Source of the DNA: Octopus bimaculoides
Taxonomy: Eukaryota
Direction of reading: 5' to 3'
DNA: 64,000 nt
NCBI RefSeq assembly: GCF_001194135.2
Contig: NC_068988.1
Span: 93,492,614-93,556,613 of the forward strand
A program made the position numbers and the translations under genes. Positions 14,786 to 25,689 of the stretch are shown piece by piece; position 1 is the stretch's first letter, and the number at the start of each line of letters is the position of its first letter. The notes under the pieces were generated by a model. That model searched no databases and was not told where the DNA came from. It saw only the letters and a list, made by a program, of their open reading frames with translations.

Positions 14786-15108
14786 TGTAATAGTGGAAAT
14801 GGTACAGCCATCCCACGCGACAAGTGGTATGGGACAGCCACTATAAAGTGAAACGACGTCAACCAGTACAGGGAGTCATGTGTCAGTCGCTGTAGAGTCT
14901 TTGTACGAGTTCTCAGTTGGAGTTAAGTGTCAGTTGCGTGTTATAGTCGAGTTCGAGTAACAGTCAGGGTAAACGGTTCAAAGTCGGTGTCTTGCAGAGC
15001 TATCAACGATAGCACGATAGACAAAGCTGTGTATTACCGTTCCGGTATACAAGAGATACATTGTATCCGATACCAAGAAATATCGTGGCTACAAGAGTAG
15101 ATACAACA
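14786..15108 (+). mobile_element. Possible solo LTR
   Basis: TG...CA ends (TGTAATAG / TACAACA), internal TATAAA, raised GC and repetitive GAGT/CAGT motifs typical of LTRs. No clean TSD found. Confidence 0.3.
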
Positions 15109-16774
15109 GCTTCAGTCACAACAGTGGCCACACTTTATAACTGTGGAAAACACCCCTTTACAACAATTATCGTAATCGAAAAGCAGACATTTTCATGGCA
15201 TAGAGATAACACGAATCTCAAATGGCCGCATCACATAGTATTGTCATATAATTCGTCACAATTCATTCATTTATGAAACGAGTGATGTATTATCAACAAT
15301 TGTTTCATTCATTTGAAGGAAGTTGCGTCTAAATCGCATCTTAGTTATTAGAGACGTGGGCTCTTCCTGGTGAGATGATTAGATGTACTACATGTGGACT
15401 TTGATTCTAGTGATGAATCAACGATCCAATGAATATGTTGCTCACTCACTGCTCATTCATGCAAGCGTTTGTTCATTTACTTAGTCTCTCAGACAATGAA
15501 AATCGGCGAATTTATGCTACTGGAGCACCAAATCATGATTTATGAGTTATTGTTTCCTGTATCGATAAGATTTACCAGTTTAGCTTATCTAACTGGAGAA
15601 TGAGTGTAAAATATTCCAGACGTATTACATATGACAGACTTTTGTCTTATCCAATTGCGCAGAGACAGAATTTCAAATGAAAATAGAATAGATATACATT
15701 TGTAATTTAAGAATATTTAAACAGTACTATTTTCTGTATTATTGCGAATAAATTTTTCGGCGCTTTATGCTCTGATTTCAAATCCCGGTGAGGCCAACTT
15801 TACTTTTTCTCGTTTCAAGATTGATAAAATAAAGTACCAGTCAGGCACTGGGATCGATAGAAGCGACTAAATCAGTCACTCTAAAACTGCAAAGCTTGTA
15901 TTAAATTTTATTACAAATAAATTCACAAGAAAGATATAGCTTCAGAAAAAATACTGGTTTCATATTTTGGGACAAGGCCAGCAATTTCGAGGGAAGGATT
16001 CAGTCGATTACATCGGCCCAAGTGCTCAACTGGTACTTATTTAGAAAGGATGAAAAGTAAAGTCGACCTCAGCGGAATTTGAACTCCGACGAAATGCTGC
16101 TAAGCATTTTCCCCCCACCCTGTTAAACGATTCTGCAATCTCGCCGCCTTATTCTCAACAAGTATTAAGATGTTCTTTAAATATGTTTTAAAAATTGTTT
16201 TTCAAAATTTAAATTTTCACACGGTAAATATAAAGTCGTTGAAAGTGTTTTAATTCTGACATCAAATAAATCTTTGGAAGACTTTTTTGTTGTTGTTGTT
16301 GTTGCTGAAGCATCGCTCGCTAAATATTATTTTTTGGTTGGTAGTTAAGCACACAGCTTTTCTTTGACTTTTGAAATGTGGGCCATTAAACTCTCCCACT
16401 TTGGATATTTATGTCAGGAATTTAAGACATACGCCATTAATTCGCATTTGCTTAAACCAAATTATTCAAAACAATAAAATTTCAGCCGAAACTTATGTCT
16501 AAAATTTAATTCCTTCTGAACAGAAATATGTTGTAAATTATTTTGTTTGGTAAAGACTGATTTGTATTTGACTCAAAATTGTTTTGAAGAACTCTAAAGC
16601 TATAGTGACTTATGAGATATTCACATTTTCAGATTATGTTGAAATATACAAATATGTACCGATGAATAATGAATCTTAATGTATGTATGTATGTATGTAT
16701 GTATGTATATATGTATATATGCATGTATGTATGTATGTATGTATGTATGTATGTATGTATGTATGTATGTATGT

Positions 16775-16878
16775 CTTTATTCAGTTTATTTCAAGATTTC
16801 TTGCCAATAGAGAAAGAACTGGTTTCTAACCTAGATCCGAGGTTCCTTCATCGGAATTTCAAAATCAACAACAGGGTA
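16775..16878 (+). repeat. ~105-bp interspersed element embedded in (TATG)n, copy 1
   Basis: Nearly identical to 61901-62005; (TATG)n on both sides in both copies. Confidence 0.8.
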
Positions 16879-17430
16879 TTTTTGTATGTATGTATGTTCG
16901 TATGTATGATTGTATGTATGCATTCTTTTGAATTTTCCATTCTACTTAAAGATTTCTAATACATACGATTTTGAATTTGTGGGCGCTATATAATCGATTA
17001 TACATTGGCTTTAATACTTGACAGATATTTTATATTATCAATCACAAATTAATGACAAGTAAAGTTGAGCTCGAAGGTATGTGAACTCAGGAGTTAAACT
17101 ACCCCAACTAAATACTAAATTATACGCTTCCACTCAAACCATTCTTTCGACACACAACTCTTAACTTCTTACATTTACCTAAGGATTTTGGTGGAAGGAA
17201 ATAATCAATTATATCAACATCATTACTTGATTGTTATTTTACTTTATCGATCCAGGAAAGATGAAATGCGAAATTCATCACCTCGATAGGATTTGAACCC
17301 AAAACCTAATGAGTCTACCTATTACTAGAAGGTGTTTTGGTCTATGCTTTAACGATTCTGCCAGTTCAAAAAGTCTGAGTTACAAATTTTGGCACTTGAC
17401 TAACATGGTCATGTGTGTGTGTGTGTGTGT

Positions 17431-17489
<59 letters not shown>

Positions 17490-18305
17490 TTGAACCCAGT
17501 ACTCAAGCTAGTACTTATTTTACCGACCCGAAAGGACGAAAGGTAAAAGTCGACCCGGCGGTGTTTGAACTCAGGGTGTAAAGTCGGAAGAATTGTCGCT
17601 AAGTATTAATATTTTTCGTGGGACAGTAATAATTATGCCATCTCGCCATTCATTCAAAAAACTATTGTTAAGTGTTTCTGCTAGAAAGAATCCTCCCCAG
17701 CATGCACACCTGGATATTACTATCTTGGGTGCTTGAACTCATGGGGCAGGTTACCCGGTTACCCGGTAACCCTAGCATGTAAGTGACCGAGATCACAACT
17801 TTCTCCGTGAATGAGACGTCAGTTGGTCGCAGAGTTACCAAGTTACAGATGAGTGACGACGAACAATGTGAAATGAAGTGTTTTGCTCAAGAACCCAACG
17901 CATCACCTGGTCCAGGAATCGAAACCACAATCTTGTGATTTTGATTGCAACACCCTAACCACTTGGCCACATACTTTCGCGTTTGAAAGAAAAAAAAGAG
18001 GGGAAATACAGAATGCTTTTCTTTCTTTTAATCTTTCATCTTCTAACTGCTTTTAGTCGTTCGGGGCCCCAGGATTCTAGAATGTAGGTGCTTCGAACTC
18101 TGTACTTTTCGTTCAGCTAAAGAGGATGAAAGGAAAAGTGGACACGGATGGTATTTGGTTTCTGAAATTAAATGGAAGGGTCCAGTCACCACATAACATT
18201 TTACCTGAGACTGTACCAAGTTTAACATCTCTTTGACGCTGTGTGCGCATGCGTCTATTTATATATGGCACATTTATAGTTTCAATCAGCAGCTAACTTT
18301 CATCT

Positions 18306-18437
18306 CTGCACTCGCGTATGCTGTGTACCACCACACTACTAATGGTCTACAACATAACAACAGTGCTACATAAAAACTACCTTTTTACTGCTAGTGGTTT
18401 GCATCACAAAGTACTAGATTCGAGAAGGTAAACAAAA
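18306..18437 (+). ncRNA. Box H/ACA snoRNA-like element, copy 1 (full two-hairpin form)
   Basis: 5' hairpin gcact(18308)/agtgc(18366) with upper stem atgctgtg-acca/tggt-tacaacat. H box ACATAA 18368-18373. 3' hairpin tacctttt/gagaaggta + 4x4 pocket + ctagtggtttg/caaagtactag. ACA at 18432-18434, 14 nt below the pocket. Confidence 0.65.
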
Positions 18438-20227
18438 ATTCCATTTTACTTAGAATTTAAAAATAAACTATTGAACGTAAGCTGAAGATATATTATTCCA
18501 TTATGTGCAACAGAAACCGTATTTATTAAAATAACCATTTGCATATCAAACTTATTGGAAATACACCACGAATAAAGCAAATTTTCTGCGCTATTTGCCC
18601 AGAGATGTTATCTCTTATGAACGTACTATGTTTAGAAACAGAAATATATCCGTATCAGAGGAGAACTCGTCCAAGCAGAGCCCGTAAAAATGCTAGATGC
18701 GCATTTCTGTCTCATTGCGCTTTGTCAGCAGCATGTTCTCACTGGTAACTACAAGTCAAAATCCGTTACTATTGATATAGAAAAACGGTGTTTGAACATT
18801 CGTTGATGTTGCAATTAGCCACTCGGTTGAATAAATCCGTTTATTGCAACGGCAGCACTACTAAATAAATAGCCATCTCTGTATCACTCTTTCTTAGCCA
18901 AGATTTTCAATTTAAATTTCAATACTTCCAATATTTTCGTTAAACAGGATTTTCTTAAAACCACTTCATCACTGAATTTCTGCGAAATATTAATTCTTTG
19001 AAAGGTCGGACAGTTTGTTGAATATGACTATTTCGCAAACTATTCGCACAATTTCTCTCCTTCTTCGTAGTTCATTAATCTTTTCCAATCTTAAGATGAG
19101 AATTAATCACAGAAAAATTTGTGTATTAATATTTCCATAAAGAATATGAGCGAGAAAGCAAGGTGTGGTAAGTAGTTTGCCTTCCAGTGACATGGTTCTG
19201 CGTTCAGGCCCACGGCGTGCACTTTGGGCAAGAACGTACAGACGGACGAAATGCTATTAAACATTTTGCCGTTTCTATTAATATTGTTTTCGCATTTTGG
19301 CACAAGGCCAGCAATTTCAGTGGAGCGGGTATGTCGATTACATCGACCCCAGTGCTCAACTGGTTCTTATTTTATAGACTTCATCCCTCCCCCCCAAAAA
19401 ATGGCAGACAGTGTCGACCTCCACAGAATTCGAACTCGGAACATAAAGACAAACGAATTGTCACCAATAATTTTCACCGGCATGCTGTAAGGATTCGTCC
19501 AGCTCGCCGCCAACCATTTCAAGTAATATCAGTTTCAAATTTTGTCACAAGGCTAGCAATTTCGAAGGATGGAAGGAGGAAATCGATTACATCGACTCCA
19601 GTACTCAACTGGTACTTATTTTATCGACCCCAGTGCTCAGCTGGTACTTATTTTATCGACCCCGGAAGGATGAAAGGCAATGTCAACCTCGATGGAATCG
19701 TTTCGTGTAATATTAGCAGATTACGTGAGCTGAAAAATAAATACCTCGCAATAAAAAGTACAAGTCTATAACCGCTTCAATCAAGACACAAAGCAGACTG
19801 GATTCATCTCCAGTTGATCAATAAAACATCTGACAGGATATTTAGTCTTCGATTTGGTCAAATCATTTTTATGAGTAACATATTTACATTAGCAGTAGAA
19901 ACGGCACCGTTTCTTCAGTTCTTTAACAGCTTTCACTCTTTGAACTATGGCCACTCAAGGGCCTCTGTTTCCAGGATATAATTGATTTTTTTCTACCTGC
20001 GTTCTTATTTCTCAGTTGGTATTTACTTTATTAATTTAATGAGAATGAAAAGAAAAATGGGGATAGGCATGGGTGGGGGATTTGAATTCAGAACTTTAAG
20101 GCACGTAACTAAATAACAAAATATATTTTATTTCAGATTCTGTCTTCTTCCCACGAACGTGTATGTGCTTGTGTATTTGTGTGTATGTATGTATGTCATT
20201 GTTCAGTTTTCAAGACCAGATACCCTT

Positions 20228-20324
20228 CTGCATGCACAAACCTCTGCAGTGCTATACTAATTCTACCTCTCTACCTGCTAGTGTTTTGTGAAACAAAATA
20301 CTAGATTCTCGGAGGCAAACAAAA
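20228..20324 (+). ncRNA. Box H/ACA snoRNA-like element, copy 2 (shortened 5' hairpin)
   Basis: H box ATACTA 20254-20259. Hairpin ctagtgttttg/caaaatactag (20278-20304) with lower stem cctct/ggagg. ACA 20319-20321, 14 nt below the pocket. 5' hairpin reduced to about 25 nt. Confidence 0.5.
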
Positions 20325-20950
20325 AAATCTTATTACATTCAGCATTAAAGTATAGACCGAATGTCCACATTTACTCAAGTAGCAAGAATCTCGAAACGTC
20401 TTTGTATCTCTTCCGTCTATTAGGCCCAAAATCAACGTCGATCAATATGATCCAACGTATTTGTATCATGAGTGTAATGAGCCATGATTAATAAGCGCAT
20501 GAATGGTAACAGCTCGATGAACAGCTGCAAAGTCCTTTGGACAATTGGAAAAATAATCTTTCTCAATAAATTTGATGACAATGGCAAAACTAACGTATTT
20601 GTCAAGAAATGAACTTATCAATAATAAGAACAAATATTTTACGGAAAATATATTTTAATCGAACTTTTGAAATCAATGGAACTTTAGCTAGAAGTTGCTT
20701 ACTTGGACCCCAGTAGTTATATCTTGATTGGTGCTTATTGTGTGGAAGGGATTATCAAAGGATTAGTAGAGGGACTAGGAATGGTTTGATCCCAGAACCT
20801 AAAGCAACAACCAAACGCAACATCTTTATCCTCCACTCTACCAATTCTCTCAGCTATTTTGCCACGTGTCGTGTCTCAGCATGTACATGTGTGTTAGTAT
20901 CTGTGTGGTATATTGGACATTTTTACTTTCAAGACAAGATAATCCCATCC

Positions 20951-21074
20951 ATGCACAAGTCCACGTAGTGTACCACCTTTGGTTCACTCAGAACGACAGT
21001 GCTACAGTAACTCTACCTTTCTACCTGCTAGTGTTTTGTGTCACAAAATACTAGATTCTCGAAGGCAAACAATT
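20951..21074 (+). ncRNA. Box H/ACA snoRNA-like element, copy 3 (full two-hairpin form)
   Basis: 5' hairpin gcac/gtgc with upper stem agtg-t-acca/tggt-t-cact, 15 nt from H box ACAGTA 21004-21009. 3' hairpin ccttt/gaagg + pocket + ctagtgttttgtg/cacaaaatactag. ACA 21069-21071, 14 nt below the pocket. Confidence 0.65.
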
Positions 21075-21180
21075 CTATTACATTTAGTATTTAAGAATAA
21101 AAGTTTGGCTCCAGAGGCCAAACTTAGCCATGTAACAAGAATCTTGAAACCCCTTCTTTCCCTTATGTTATCATTTAGAC

Positions 21181-21433
21181 CAGCAGTTCTCTGCTACTTT
21201 TTACTTATGGACCCCTCTGATTTCTATTTTGTTCGGTTGGACCCTCATTACCACTCGATTTTAAAGAAACCCTATTATATTTTTCATAATTAAATATTAT
21301 TAGGAATTCTATTTAAAAATCGTTAAAATATTTTGTGTAGAGCAGAAGTACAACCAGTTTGTTGCACAGAAATTTTAACAACAAATCTTATGCGTAACTT
21401 GTGAGGGTCATATATGGATCCCAGTTGGTTACT
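21181..21433. mobile_element. Second, more decayed copy of the same hAT MITE
   Basis: Begins CAGCAGTTCTC and aligns along its length with 14483-14767 (e.g. ttttaaagaaac...aaaaatcgttaaaa...aaattttaaca.caa.atcttat). Right terminus eroded. Confidence 0.7.
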
Positions 21434-21455
21434 TATGCAATCTGCATCCGATATA

Positions 21456-21712
21456 CAGGCGGGGTGCAAAAGTAGGTATACAGTATGTATTACATCAATA
21501 TTTGTTATACTTAATTCATTAAGATTATTAGCTCATTAAATTAGTTAGCCTCGTTTTTGATAGTTTCAATGTCATTAATCATAAAAATACATTTATCATA
21601 ACTATAATAATACTTTTATCGTAACTTTTGATTTTTTTTTTTTTTTGATAAAAATGAGTATTGTACGTGTTTTCTTTTTTCATAACTGTATTCCAGCTTT
21701 TGCACCACCCTG
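21456..21712. mobile_element. Tc1/mariner-type MITE
   Basis: About 30-bp imperfect TIRs (CAGGCGGGGTGCAAAAGTAGGTATACAG / CTGTATTCCAGCTTTTGCACCACCCTG) flanked by TA on both sides; AT-rich non-coding interior. Confidence 0.75.
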
Positions 21713-22197
21713 TATAGTGCAAGCAGAGACAATAAGCATTACTTCTCAATGTAGTTGCTATTTTCATCTCTTACAGAGATTTGCTAATTCGCTACATTGT
21801 TTGTTAATTTGTGATATAGTCTTTCTTGATAAATTTGATGACTATTACCAAACTTAACATATTTTCACTAAATTAACTAATTAGTTATAGGAACAAACAT
21901 TTTAAGGAAAATATATTTTAATCAAACGATTGTGAAGTAATGAAATTTGGCCGGAAGTTGATAGCTTGAATTACTTCGTTACTTATTCGTCGACTGGTGC
22001 CTCTTGCTTGGAATGAAAGGTGAAATGTGTCAATGAACCTTAGAGGAATTTATTTCCAGAACCTAAACAGATATAACCAAAAACACCAACATCTTTATTC
22101 GCCACTCTACCAGTTCTATCAACTAATTACCAATGCCTGCGTGCGTGAGTATGTGTGTGTATATTGTACATTTTTATCTTCAAGACCAGATACCCTT

Positions 22198-22294
22198 CTG
22201 CATGCACAAACCTCTGCAGTGCTATACTAATTCTACCTCTCTACCTGCTAGTGTTTTGTGAAACAAAATACTAGATTCTCGGAGGCAAACATAA
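22198..22294 (+). ncRNA. Box H/ACA snoRNA-like element, copy 4 (identical to copy 2)
   Basis: H box ATACTA 22224-22229 and ACA 22289-22291. 113 nt (22179-22291) identical to 20209-20321. Confidence 0.5.
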
Positions 22295-22679
22295 AATCTT
22301 ATTACATTCAGCATTAAAGTATAGACCCAATGTCCACATTTACTCATGTAACAAGAATCTTGAAACCTCTTTGTTTCCTCTGTGTTAAGTCCAGGTCAAC
22401 CTCAACCAATGAGATATACAGAACCAAAGACTTTCCTCGTTCCTTTCATGAGAATCGTGTCTCTTTAATAAGGATATGAATTTCATTCGTTTCAGCGTTT
22501 GATTAAACTGGATATTCAAAGACTTCTTGATCCTATTTGTAATTAGTTCAGTTCTTGAGACTACACAAGTTCTGTCAACAATCAATCAACGTCATTTTCA
22601 AATTTCTCTTTACTTATACAGTTTGTGTACCGATGAATATTAGCACCAACATGACTGTGTATATAGAGAATTTTATACC

Positions 22680-22836
22680 GGCTTAGCTGTTTCGTAAGAA
22701 GTTTGCTTCTCAGCCACATGGTTCCAGATGCATACTTACTTCGTGGCTCCTTGGGCAAGTGTGTTCTACTATAGTCTCAGGTCGACCAAAGCCTTGTGAA
22801 TGGATTTAGTAGATGGAAACTGAAAGACGCTTATCG

Positions 22837-22886
<50 letters not shown>

Positions 22887-23100
22887 TGAGTGTGCTTGCG
22901 TGCGTGTGTGTCTGTGTTTGACCCCTACCACTACTTCACAAGTAGTGTTGGTTTGTTTACACCCGGTTCGGCAAAAATAACCGATATAATACGCACCAGG
23001 CTTACAAAAAGCACTGGCGGTGATGTGCTCAACGAAATATTCTTCAAGGAGGTGCCCCAACATGGCCGCAGTCTAATGACTGAAGCAAGTAAAAGATAAG
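22680..23100 (+). mobile_element. tRNA-derived SINE family B with internal (TA/TG)n microsatellite
   Basis: Consensus gtaagaagcttgc..ccacatggttc...ggcaccttgggcaagtgtcttctactatag...gtagacggaaactgaaagaagccc-(TG)n-...ggttcggcaaaa...ccccagcatggccgcagtc.aatgactgaaacaagtaaaaga. Other plus copies at about 4345-4620, 6085-6500, 11150-11350, 37430-37550, 43100-43320, 46480-46600, 61100-61410. Confidence 0.8.
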
Positions 23101-23567
23101 AAAATGTTAATTTGTTTCATTAGCGCAAATGGTAATTCCATGACATTGCTACAGAAGAACCGAACCAATTCCAACAAAACATTTCTATCGAAAGCAACGA
23201 ACCTTTAACTAACAGTTGATTACTTCGACCCCAGAACTTAATTCTTGACTTGGTGACTGGTGCTTATTCTCTGGAATGGAGGATGAAAACATAAGAGGAT
23301 CCAGGGGTGGGGGGAAATTCCATACCAGAATGCTAAGAGACATAATCAATTACCCCCAATAGGTTTTATCCTAGACTTTACCCCAATAGGTTTTATCCTA
23401 GACTACCTACCAATGTGTATAAGCACACGCGCGTGTGTATGTGAGTGCATATGTGTGTATGTGTGTGTGAGTGTGTGTGTATGTGTGTGCGTGCGTGTGT
23501 GTTTATGTGTGTGTGCGTGTGTGTATAAATTTTACATTATTATTTTGAAAACCGGATACTCTAGTTC

Positions 23568-23691
23568 ATGCACCTGTTTGTACAGTGTGCCGCATCTGGT
23601 CCACACTTAAACAACGGTGCTACATTAAACCTGCCTTTTTACTGCTAGGGTTTTGCATCACAAAATACTAGATTCGAGAAGGCAAACACAA
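23568..23691 (+). ncRNA. Box H/ACA snoRNA-like element, copy 5 (full two-hairpin form)
   Basis: 5' hairpin gcacc/ggtgc (compensatory vs gcact/agtgc in copy 1) with upper stem agtgtg-ccg/tgg-cacact, 14 nt from H box ACATTA 23622-23627. 3' hairpin tgccttttt/gagaaggca (compensatory vs tacc/ggta). ACA 23686-23688, 14 nt below the pocket. Confidence 0.65.
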
Positions 23692-24204
23692 AATCCAGGA
23701 TTTACGTAGACTCTACTGAATTCAACTTCCAGGTGTAACTATTTATCAAGAATCTCAAAAGCCCTGTTTAAAAAAAAAATCATGGGGTTATTTAAAACCA
23801 GCTCCAGCCTGACAGAATACTCGTATGATCAAATGCATTCCTTGTGTAATCACCATTCCCTCTCTTTAGATGTGTCATATATATCTAGGTATTTGATTAT
23901 CCAATATGAACTTTTCTTAAAATAGTAGATAGTGATTTGACACTTGTTATGTTCTGAATCTTTTGTTTTACTGTTTCGTAGGTCGAAATATCAACTGTTT
24001 GCAGTGAACTTTGCGGCCAATGTTATTATGATATGCAATATGAATATAGCTCGTTCACTGGATATGTTTTAACGATATATTGTGTAAAGACATATTTAAT
24101 GTTCTCCATAATACTTCAATGGTTTTGCTAGTTTCGTTCGCAAAAACGTCCATAGTACGATATGATAGGAAGCTGATGTTCGAAGCGTTGATAAACGCGT
24201 GGAT

Positions 24205-24760
24205 CTCATAGGCAGACAGTCTCAATACGTATCGTTGCTATCAAGGGCGACGACAACATTGCTCTCATCAAATCCTTCCAAATAGACAGAGCCCACCGGG
24301 AGGTCACCAGAAGACCTGGCTTCACTGAAGCTGTATTGATAGTCATTAGAGAAAGAGAAAGATTCACGACGTCAGAGGACATCGTTAACAGTTGTCGCCA
24401 GTAACTTAGTGATATTGGGAGTCCGATAGGGCAATCGTTGGCAGAGTAAGAGAGGTTGTCTTCTTTGGGGATAGGACACATTGTAGCCTGTTTCTAAAGT
24501 ACAGAGGGAGAGATTGGAATATTAGGGCTTACTTTTGAGGTACAATATATGGAGTTAATAGAAAGGATACCGCAAAATCAGTTACCTTAGTTTGAAGTGA
24601 CTGAAGGGACGTTCACACTCGGCGGGTTTGTATGGGAGAGTGTGGACCTGGACGAATGGAAAGGGACGGAAGTACTACCAGGATCGCAATTAGATCCTGA
24701 TCTAAATCCAAATATGGAAGACAGGACAAATTGTAAGCAATCTATTTGAGGTCTTAAGAT
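24205..24760 (-). mobile_element. Decayed CR1/L2-clade LINE reverse-transcriptase fragment, antisense in the vestigial intron
   Basis: Minus strand reads CPIPKEDNLSYSAN.CPIGL (VxPIPKxxxxxxxxNYRPISL motif) and, after a frameshift, NDYQYSFSEARSSGDL...GFDESNVVALD (QYGFRxxRSTxD...VALD). Confidence 0.65.
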
Positions 24761-24806
24761 GAACTGAGTGCTTAAACTGTAAAACATTTATTTTATTTAT
24801 TTGTAG

Positions 24807-25235
24807 ATGTACCACTTATGTGTCATCGGAAGTTTCCAGCCTCGTTTTGGGATAGTGCATACCAAAGTTCGACGAGCAGTCTTCCACACAGTTTCCATTT
24901 TCCATCAGATGCTTATTTGAATTCATCCCTTTATGCAATGTCGGGTTTCCATAAAACATGGCCTTACTCACTTGCATCACAGACTCACAGCTACGCTCCG
25001 CAACCAGCTCACACCTTTTCTTATTCACCAATGGAAACCGCCGCCAGCCGATATAGTCCGCACTATACACCTTTTATGATGCAGTCTCCAGCCCAAATGA
25101 GCAGTCGGATTGAGTCGAGACATGGACAGTACGACGTCGGGAAATCGAGTGACCCATTTAGTTCAGCATATTATCCAGTACCTCGTTTAAGCGGAGAGAT
25201 GGGTTCCAGTTTCAATCTTGAATCGAGCGGTTTAG
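24807..25235 (+). CDS. vg: Internal coding exon of a vestigial / vestigial-like (VGLL1-3 class) transcription cofactor
   Basis: Acceptor ttttatttatttgtAG|AT at 24806/24807 and donor TTAG|GTCAGT at 25235/25236. The 429-nt, phase 1-1 exon is open throughout: (x)VPLMCHRKFPASFWDSAYQ...KTWPY...NLESSGL. RKFPASFWDSAY matches the PMSxRNFPPSFWNSxY motif that follows the TONDU domain in vestigial/VGLL proteins (recognised from memory, not by database search). S/P/Y/H-rich composition. Confidence 0.82.
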
Positions 25236-25689
25236 GTCAGTGCCATTAATATATTATTTTCGTTTCTTTTTTTTATTTTCATTATTTTATTAATTAAACG
25301 TGTAGATAATTCGTTTTTTTTCTCGGTGGAACTTGAAGTAGATAAAGCTACAAGTAACAGCGTGTAAATATTGAGTTTTAAAACCTTTTGAATTGGAAGA
25401 CGAACCTAGATTTCCTGTAAACATGACTGACGTCCAACCATTCTACCAAATCAACCCTTTGATTTTCTCAGTCTCTTTTAGAAGCATAGTGCTTACCAAC
25501 GAGAATTACGTCAAAGGAACTTAGGAATTTTGAGAGAGCGCGAAATAATTTGTTTTTATTGGTGAAACTCGAAGTAGATAAAGCTATAAATAATAGCGTG
25601 TAAGTCGAAAAAGTCGAGGGTCATCGAGGTATGTTGCAATACATATAAATGCGATTTAGGCAGGAATTCGACAGGAGGTAGTTATCTTT

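Noticed and set aside
18800-19090. Possible RTE remnant on the minus strand (..INISQKFSDEVVLRKSCL..)
   Set aside because: Only one short motif amid multiple stops; not supportable as a feature.
18378-23685. SECIS, scaRNA (CAB box) or canonical pre-miRNA reading of the repeated hairpin
   Set aside because: No AUGA/GA quartet or apical AA. Loops (catca, tgaaa, tgtca) lack a conserved UGAG. The stem is only ~24 bp with no Drosha basal stem, whereas the H box, ACA and 14-nt spacing fit H/ACA. A miRNA origin is disfavoured but not fully excluded.
18300-23700. Array as duplicated coding exons or a CRISPR-like array
   Set aside because: Homologous segments fall in different frames with stops. Spacing is 0.7-2 kb with homologous spacers, the context is eukaryotic, and there are no cas genes.
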